From IMG/VR virus record IMGVR_UViG_2875713109_000002: 4,566 nt of DNA; one strand, 5' to 3'. Below the pieces are notes generated by a model, which was not told where the DNA came from, ran no database searches, and was given only the letters and a program-made list of their open reading frames with translations. This DNA comes from a virus. Lineage: Duplodnaviria; Heunggongvirae; Uroviricota; Caudoviricetes. Positions 1-4,566 of the stretch are shown here, one piece after another (position 1 is the stretch's first letter; each line of letters opens with the position of its first letter). The translations under genes and the position numbers were made by a program.

Positions 1-60
1 AAATGAGGAAATTGGCCTGAAACAGGGCCAAAATCAGCCACGAAGAGACGATTTTGGGCT

Positions 61-76
61 GAAAATTGGAAAATTG
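61..76. repeat. Perfect tandem 8-mer GAAAATTG x2, with a related copy GAAATTGG at 8-15
   Basis: Read directly: GAAAATTG at 61-68 and again at 69-76. The surrounding segments 11-50 and 53-91 are an imperfect direct repeat (TTGGcCTGAAA... / TTGGgCTGAAA...; ...AGCCAC in both). Significance unknown. Confidence 0.3.
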
Positions 77-162
77 AGCCACAGGACGTCGATAAAGGAC
101 GGTTTGGGGCGTCATATCGGGAGCTGCGGACCACTTAATCGCAACTTCCCTAGAAGATACTT

Positions 163-188
163 ACACATTTTTCCTCTGAAAACTGTGT
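163..188. promoter_or_regulatory. Imperfect 10-bp inverted repeat upstream of the ATPase promoter (possible operator)
   Basis: ACACATTTTT (163-172) and AAAACTGTGT (179-188) are 9/10 complementary, with a 6-nt spacer. A second short palindrome, ACTGAA-TT-TTCAGT (248-261), abuts the TG of the extended -10. Confidence 0.2.
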
Positions 189-197
189 GTTACGTCA

Positions 198-270
198 TTG
201 ATGGATTGTGTTGGAATGGCTAATAATTTGGGTGATGTCATAGTTTTACTGAATTTTCAGTGATATAAAT
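198..270 (+). promoter_or_regulatory. Candidate sigma70 promoter region for the ATPase gene
   Basis: Two candidates read by eye: TTGATG (198-203), 18-nt spacer, AATAAT (222-227); and an extended -10, TGATATAAA (261-269). Both sit in the AT-rich leader upstream of the RBS AAGGA (326-330) and the ATG at 334/337. Not experimentally supported. Confidence 0.3.
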
Positions 271-333
271 CATGTAAAAATAAGGTGTTCTACGTAAGGT
301 TATTTTTCTATACACAGCTAGCATAAAGGATTA

Positions 334-1782
334 ATGATGTTTATTAAAAAACTGAAGATAGAAAATTTTAAAGGGTATCACGGGGAAGATAATGAGTTGG
401 AATTCAATATCCCTGATGGAGAAACGGAAGGTAGTGGACTTAATATATTTGTGGGTGAAAACAACGCCGGAAAATCCACTGTATTTGAAATTATAGATTT
501 TATAAAGGATGGAACCAAAAAGAACATTGAGGATCTTATATGCAAATCAGATCCGGCTAATATTGCTGAGAAGCTTTCAGCCGAGCTAACCTTCACTGGA
601 AACTTATCAGAAGTAATTGCCGCTCATGTACAAGCTAATAAAGTTGCAGCATTCACCTCGCATGTTTTTGAGGACGAGGGTGTTAATTATTTCAGAGTGA
701 AGAGGTGTAGTGAGGTAGGGGAGAAGAAAATATTATTTTGGAACGGAAATGAATTTGTTAACCCAAGTGGTATAGATGCCCCATTTAAGAAGTTTTATGA
801 TAATAACTTCATTTGGGCTGATACAAACCCAAGCAATGAAGCAAAGTTTGGCTCTACAACTATATGTGGTTCGCTTCTAAAAGAAATTGCTTTAGGCCAT
901 ATTGAAACGGATGAGTATAGAGCGTTTTCTGAGCAATACCATCGCGTATTCAATCACCCTGAATCAGAGTTGAGACAGAAAATATCATTAGTCGAAAATC
1001 AAGTTAGAGAGGTTTTCTCATCTCAATTTGGTATGGCAGATATTTCTTTCATTTTTGAAGAGTTGCAGGTAGAGAATTTCTTCAAAACTATTTCCATCAT
1101 GATTGATGATGGGGTGAATGTCCCAATGGGAGAAAAGGGGCATGGTATGCAAAGGGCACTAGCCCTATCATTACTTCAGGTGTACGCTGAGATAACGTGT
1201 AATGCGCATGGTGCGGGGATTAGTAAACCATTTTATCTTTTCATTGACGAACCTGAAATATGTCTTCATCCTTCAGGGCAGCAAAAGCTTTTAGAAGCTT
1301 TAATGATTATCTCCAAAAGTAGACAGGTTTTTGTTACAACGCACTCTCCTTTCCTTTTGTCCTCCCCTTACCTTAAAAATATCGGTCTGTTTGTTTTCAA
1401 AAAAGAGAATAATAAAAATGTTGTGGAAAGGGCTGATACTTCTCCATGGTTCCCTTGGTCTCCATCGTGGGTCGAGATTAATTTCAAAGCATACAATTTA
1501 GCAACCGTTGAATTGCATAATGAATTATATGGTTATTTGCAGGAGAAAAACTCCTGTCCAAGCGAAAAAACAATGGAGCAATGGCTAAATTCAAAGGGAA
1601 TTGCGTTTGATAAAGTATGGGTTAAAGAATTTAAAGGTGCGGCACAACCGCCAGCGGATACTACATTACAAACATTCATCCGTAATCATATACACCACCC
1701 AGAGAATGTTACAATGCAATCTCATCGCTATACACAACAAGAATTACTAACTTCAATCCAACAAATGGTTGGGCTTCTATAA
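334..1782 (+). CDS. ABC-type ATPase (AAA_15/AAA_21-like, OLD/GajA/PtuA/AriA clade) with uncharacterised C-terminal domain carrying a HEPN-like R-N-x3-H motif; candidate anti-phage defence protein
   Basis: 482-codon ORF with RBS AAGGA at 326-330 and tandem ATGs at 334 and 337; the second has the better spacing. Walker A GENNAGKST (aa 41-49, nt 454-480). Signature-like GEKGHGMQ (aa 266-273). Walker B FYLFIDEPE followed by LHP (aa 300-313, nt ~1231-1272). H-loop VFVTTHSP (aa 332-339). No Toprim-like E / DxD motifs after the ATPase core. C-terminal ~140 aa contain R450-N-H-I-H-H455 (nt 1681-1698). Codon usage is strongly AT-rich, unlike the neighbouring genes. Ends 7 nt before a terminator hairpin. 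Confidence 0.85.
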   Translation: MMFIKKLKIENFKGYHGEDNELEFNIPDGETEGSGLNIFVGENNAGKSTVFEIIDFIKDGTKKNIEDLICKSDPANIAEKLSAELTFTGNLSEVIAAHVQANKVAAFTSHVFEDEGVNYFRVKRCSEVGEKKILFWNGNEFVNPSGIDAPFKKFYDNNFIWADTNPSNEAKFGSTTICGSLLKEIALGHIETDEYRAFSEQYHRVFNHPESELRQKISLVENQVREVFSSQFGMADISFIFEELQVENFFKTISIMIDDGVNVPMGEKGHGMQRALALSLLQVYAEITCNAHGAGISKPFYLFIDEPEICLHPSGQQKLLEALMIISKSRQVFVTTHSPFLLSSPYLKNIGLFVFKKENNKNVVERADTSPWFPWSPSWVEINFKAYNLATVELHNELYGYLQEKNSCPSEKTMEQWLNSKGIAFDKVWVKEFKGAAQPPADTTLQTFIRNHIHHPENVTMQSHRYTQQELLTSIQQMVGLL

Positions 1783-1784
1783 AG

Positions 1785-1814
1785 AAAAAGGCGAGCCGTT
1801 TGGCTCGCCTTTTA
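1785..1814. terminator. Bidirectional rho-independent terminator shared by the convergent genes
   Basis: Perfect 8-bp GC-rich stem GGCGAGCC (1790-1797) / GGCTCGCC (1802-1809) with loop GTTT. Flanked by AAAAA (1785-1789) on the left and TTTT (1810-1813) on the right, so each strand's transcript ends in a U-run. It lies 7 nt after the ATPase stop and 8 nt after the stop of the minus-strand ORF. Confidence 0.7.
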
Positions 1815-1817
1815 ATA

Positions 1818-2009
1818 TTAATTTAATAACTTGCGCTTTTTAGATAATAGTACGCTTAAAGCATATTCAAATCCGTGTTGCGCCTCTAGACGGCATAGGG
1901 TGATATTACAGATCCCCAACTCCTTACACAGCGCCTTTCGATTAATTACTTCCGCCGCGCCTGATACATAGACTTGACCAGCGCCGGGGATATTGATTGA
2001 AACTTTCAT
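1818..2009 (-). CDS. Small helix-turn-helix protein (63 aa), possibly a truncated or remodelled phage gene
   Basis: ATG at 2009 preceded by GAGGT with about 6-nt spacing. The segment KALCKELGICNITLCRLEAQ fits a classic helix-turn-helix pattern (E-L-G-I-x3-T-L-x-R-L), resembling AlpA/excisionase-like or small-terminase N-terminal DNA-binding domains. The last ~15 codons fall in AT-rich DNA, whereas the 5' two-thirds have host-like GC. Confidence 0.5.
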   Translation of the reverse strand: MKVSINIPGAGQVYVSGAAEVINRKALCKELGICNITLCRLEAQHGFEYALSVLLSKKRKLLN

Positions 2010-2101
2010 GTGTTACCTCAGTGTAAAAGTAAAAATGAATATAACCGGAAGAGATAATCCCCAGCCGATACCCAAAGGGCGCGACCGGGGGGCATTTTGC
2101 A

Positions 2102-3121
2102 TTACTTCAGCTTGACGTTCAGCGTGTAGTTCGGGCGCAGGTTCAGAGGGATGAAGCTCGCCTCCTGGTGAATGGTCACCATGCCGTAACGGTCAGTCAT
2201 TACTTTCTGGTAGAACGGGCTGATCTCGCCTTTCGCGGCGATGTCCTGATTACGGGAAGCCGGGCCGTGTACCAGTTTGAACGGGTTACGGTCAGCGCCG
2301 TTAAACTTAGGAACGAACAGGCCGGAACCTTCTTCGATTTCGTAGCGGTCATCGTCCGCCAGAATGAAAGTAATGTTGCCAATGCTGAAGGAGTCATAAC
2401 CCGCAGTGTTAACCGGGATCAGAGCGCCTTTTGCAGCTTCCGCCACTTTGTTGGTAATAAGGCTGGTTACTTCCGGGTGGCTCGCCAGTACGTCATACAG
2501 ATCCGGGGAGCAGAAGCAGAAGAAGCGGTCCAGATAGGAGCGGCTCGTGCCGTACTCTTTAACCAACATGCGGCGAATCTTCGCAAGCTGTGCATACACG
2601 TTAGCGCCTGCTGAACCGTCCAGGTTGAAACTCAGCGGATCGGCACCCATCGCCGCGCGAAAGTCGATATCACCGTCGTCAGTCTTAGCCGCTTTCGCTT
2701 CCTGTTTGAACAGGGCGCGGGCCAGCGTACTTTCAACCGTTTCCAGGTGATGGTTACGCATACGGATAGCTTTAGACGCGATCACTTCAGAAATAGCCGC
2801 AACCTGATCCGGGTTAGCCGGGCTGATCAGACCTTGCCAATCAGCGGTTTTTACGTCCGCTTCGGTGGCGTAGTGTGGGAGCTCCTGGTCACGCAACAGA
2901 GGCTTATCCATTTTGATGGAGTTAACTTCGGTGCCGTAGCGGGCTACCTGTTCCAGTTCAGAGACTTGAGTCTCTACGATGTCCAGAACTTGAGCGTTTG
3001 GAGTGGTGGAGTTAACACCGGAGAAGATACCCAGATCAGAGATCAGGTAATTACCCGCTGGCACTTGTTTAAGTGCCGCTACGGTGTCCAGCTTTTCAAA
3101 CTGTTTAAAATCAATAGCCAT
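2102..3121 (-). CDS. Phage major capsid protein, probably lambda gpE-like family
   Basis: 339-aa ORF. On the minus strand the upstream gene's TAA stop is followed by AAGGAAA and then ATG at 3121, a tight operon junction. Size matches gpE (~340 aa). The C-terminal stretch (TIHQEASFIPLNLRPNYTLNVKL) resembles the gpE C-terminus as I recall it. GC-rich codon usage. Family assignment is from memory, not a search. Confidence 0.6.
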   Translation of the reverse strand: MAIDFKQFEKLDTVAALKQVPAGNYLISDLGIFSGVNSTTPNAQVLDIVETQVSELEQVARYGTEVNSIKMDKPLLRDQELPHYATEADVKTADWQGLISPANPDQVAAISEVIASKAIRMRNHHLETVESTLARALFKQEAKAAKTDDGDIDFRAAMGADPLSFNLDGSAGANVYAQLAKIRRMLVKEYGTSRSYLDRFFCFCSPDLYDVLASHPEVTSLITNKVAEAAKGALIPVNTAGYDSFSIGNITFILADDDRYEIEEGSGLFVPKFNGADRNPFKLVHGPASRNQDIAAKGEISPFYQKVMTDRYGMVTIHQEASFIPLNLRPNYTLNVKLK

Positions 3122-3133
3122 TGTGTGATTTCC

Positions 3134-3241
3134 TTATGCTTTGAAGTAATCGGCGTTGATAGCCAGGCGAATATCACCGGAGGCTGTCAGCGCTTCCAGT
3201 GCGGCTTTTTTGCTCGCGGCGTCTTTAGCACGTAGGGCAAA
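3134..3241 (-). pseudogene. 3' remnant of the head gene preceding the capsid gene (scaffold or decoration protein C-terminus), truncated at a breakpoint
   Basis: The last ~35 codons of minus ORF 3134..3616 (FALRAKDAASKKAALEALTASGDIRLAINADYFKA) look protein-like and end in TAA just before the capsid RBS. Everything upstream in that frame is Cys/Ser/Arg-rich junk lying antisense to a well-formed + strand protein, and no ATG is present in the plausible part. Confidence 0.45.
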
Positions 3242-4385
3242 ATCGGTAACCAACCTTACAGAAAAGGATCTGTTTGACCTGATGCAACAAGGGAAGCTGT
3301 TCTCTAAGGACATCCTCCCGGAAGTGGCGAAACAGATGAAAGCCGCAGCTCGTAACGGCGGCGCTCTGGATAAGGCTATGAAGTCCAACCGGGCAAGTTG
3401 GCAGCGCCTGCAAACCAGTATGCAGAACGCTATGAATATCTTCTTTACTTCTGGCTTTGGTAACTCACTAACCAGCGCTTTCGACGCTATCAGCGCCGCT
3501 GTTAACGGCTCTGGTGGGGCCTTTGAGATGTTCGGGCATATCGCCGGGAAAATCGTTGAGGGTGCCACAGATGCGTTTACAGAGTTGCACGACACTGTGA
3601 TCCTGACCTTCCGCATTATTGAGTATTACGCCGCTAAGATGGGGATCACTGGTGAGCAGCTTAAATCCTGGGGAGAAATGGCAGCATACGCCGCCGGGGT
3701 GGCTCTGTTCGCTGGCTCTATCTGGAAGTTGGGCGGGGCCTTTAAATGGTTGTTGACCATGCTCAACCCGCTAACCAAATTGCTGGGGGTCATGAAAGGG
3801 ATCGCCGCTATTGGTGGCATTGAATCCGCTACAACTGGCGGATCTGGTGGGGAAGGTAAAGACAAGCCAAACAAACCGGGCCGGGGTCCGAAAGTTGGCA
3901 AGGTAGGCGGCGCGGCGGCTCTCTCTGGCGGTCCTGTTGGCTGGGGCATTGCGATCGGTTCGGTAGGTGGGGATTATGCCTGGGATAAAGTCATGGACGC
4001 TAACGACGCCATGTATGGACAGGACACCACCGCCGGAGGCAATCTGAAGAAAGATAGCCCGCTGGGTAAACTGTGGGATTTCATCCACAGCCCAGACCTT
4101 CCGACTAATCCAGACTTTGCCAAACCAACAGATAAAACAGGGTGGGTAAGCTCTTACTCCAATCCGGGTTATGTTCCTCCTGCGCCGACGATTACAGCGC
4201 CACAGCTTAAAGTTGATATGGCAGGTAATCCACTGATGACGCCGCCAGCGTGGCTAAACCAGCCGCTTAACGTGAACGTCAATGTGAAAGTGCAGGATGG
4301 GCAGGTTAGGGATCTGGTCCGCTCTGAAGTTGAGACCAACAACCAGCAGGCTTTCAACATGCTGATGCAGGGCGGGCCGAACTAA
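3156..4385 (+). CDS. Phage tail tape-measure-like protein, C-terminal fragment (N-terminally truncated; plausible coding from about 3243)
   Basis: 409-codon ORF. From about codon 30 the sequence is protein-like, with long hydrophobic Ala/Gly-rich segments (AAYAAGVALFAGSIWKLGGAFKWLL, LLGVMKGIAAIGGI) and a Gly-rich linker (TTGGSGGEGKDKPNKPGRGPKVGKVGG) typical of tape-measure proteins. The first ~28 codons (MIARRISPEAVSASS...) have antisense-type composition and overlap the head-gene remnant. No convincing RBS for the internal ATG at 3282. At ~380 aa it is much shorter than typical tape-measure proteins. Confidence 0.5.
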   Translation: MIARRISPEAVSASSAAFLLAASLARRAKSVTNLTEKDLFDLMQQGKLFSKDILPEVAKQMKAAARNGGALDKAMKSNRASWQRLQTSMQNAMNIFFTSGFGNSLTSAFDAISAAVNGSGGAFEMFGHIAGKIVEGATDAFTELHDTVILTFRIIEYYAAKMGITGEQLKSWGEMAAYAAGVALFAGSIWKLGGAFKWLLTMLNPLTKLLGVMKGIAAIGGIESATTGGSGGEGKDKPNKPGRGPKVGKVGGAAALSGGPVGWGIAIGSVGGDYAWDKVMDANDAMYGQDTTAGGNLKKDSPLGKLWDFIHSPDLPTNPDFAKPTDKTGWVSSYSNPGYVPPAPTITAPQLKVDMAGNPLMTPPAWLNQPLNVNVNVKVQDGQVRDLVRSEVETNNQQAFNMLMQGGPN

Positions 4386-4466
4386 CCGCCCATACAAAAA
4401 AGGCTCCCCTAGTGGGATAATGCCGATCAGTTAAGGATCAGTTGACCGATCCAGTGGCTGTGTAAG

Positions 4467-4501
4467 AATCCGGAAACGCTCACTCGTTTCCGGATTTTTT
4501 T
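4467..4501 (+). terminator. Strong rho-independent terminator after the tape-measure-like ORF
   Basis: Perfect 12-bp stem AATCCGGAAACG (4467-4478) / CGTTTCCGGATT (4485-4496) with loop CTCACT, running into a T-run through 4501. The opposite strand has no T-run, so it acts on the + strand only. Confidence 0.8.
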
Positions 4502-4566
4502 ATGCACATTGGACAGGCCCTTGATTTGGTATCCCGTTACGATTCTCTGCGTAACCCACTGACTTC

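Noticed and set aside
378-596. 72-aa minus-strand ORF inside the ATPase gene
   Set aside because: Entirely antisense to the well-supported ATPase CDS, Ser/Pro/Leu-rich low-complexity translation, no RBS. It is a chance ORF.
1366-1782. Possible Toprim nuclease domain in the ATPase C-terminus (OLD/GajA-type)
   Set aside because: No conserved Toprim glutamate (E-G-x-S-E type) or DxD motif is visible, and the extension is only ~140 aa. The protein is not a canonical OLD or GajA.
2059-2094. Possible terminator downstream of the capsid gene on the minus strand
   Set aside because: The region is GC-rich (CCCCAGCCG...CCGGGGGG), but I could not fold a convincing stem followed by a U-run on the minus-strand transcript.
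2168-3235. Plus-strand ORFs 2168..2614, 2547..2750 and 2747..3235, and minus ORF 2200..2397, overlapping the capsid gene
   Set aside because: All lie antisense to or out of frame with the capsid CDS in GC-rich DNA, where long spurious ORFs are expected. Their translations are Arg/Ser/Ala/Cys-rich with no recognisable motifs.
4270-4293. Short tandem repeat encoding N-V-N-V-N-V-K-V
   Set aside because: Only about three units of a 6-nt repeat within coding sequence. Probably simple low-complexity protein sequence, not a functional DNA repeat.
3225-4360. Minus-strand ORFs 3225..3413, 3626..3949, 3771..4088 and 4169..4360, plus the 5' part of 3134..3616
   Set aside because: Antisense to the protein-like tape-measure reading frame; Pro/Cys/Arg/Ser-rich junk composition. 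Only the last ~35 codons of 3134..3616 look genuine and are reported separately.
4370-4391. GC-rich hairpin GGGCGG / CCGCCC spanning the tape-measure stop codon
   Set aside because: 6-bp stem with a 10-nt loop and no following T-run; part of it is coding sequence. Unlikely to be a terminator or regulatory element.
1-4566. CRISPR array, tRNA/rRNA genes, transposase or IS terminal inverted repeats, integrase
   Set aside because: No regularly spaced direct repeats, no cloverleaf-compatible conserved tRNA motifs, and no ORF with transposase or integrase motifs were found on either strand. The cassette boundaries show no clear terminal inverted repeats or target-site duplication.

Overview
The window looks like a degraded prophage structural-gene region from an enterobacterial-type genome, carrying one compositionally foreign, AT-rich gene. 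That gene (334..1782, + strand) encodes a 482-aa ABC-type ATPase of the OLD/GajA/PtuA/AriA kind, with an uncharacterised C-terminal domain bearing a HEPN-like R-N-x3-H motif. It has its own candidate promoter and a bidirectional terminator, and no partner gene or Toprim domain is visible. I consider it the best candidate in the window for an undescribed single-protein anti-phage defence or abortive-infection system. To its right on the minus strand are a 63-aa helix-turn-helix ORF, an intact gene for a probable lambda gpE-like major capsid protein, and the 3' remnant of the head gene that preceded it. At about 3240-3250 this head module abuts, in opposite orientation, the C-terminal part of a tail tape-measure-like protein that ends at its own strong terminator, so the prophage appears rearranged or decayed. 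No rRNA, tRNA, CRISPR array or transposase was seen. All protein-family calls come from motifs read by eye; no database search or computation was run.
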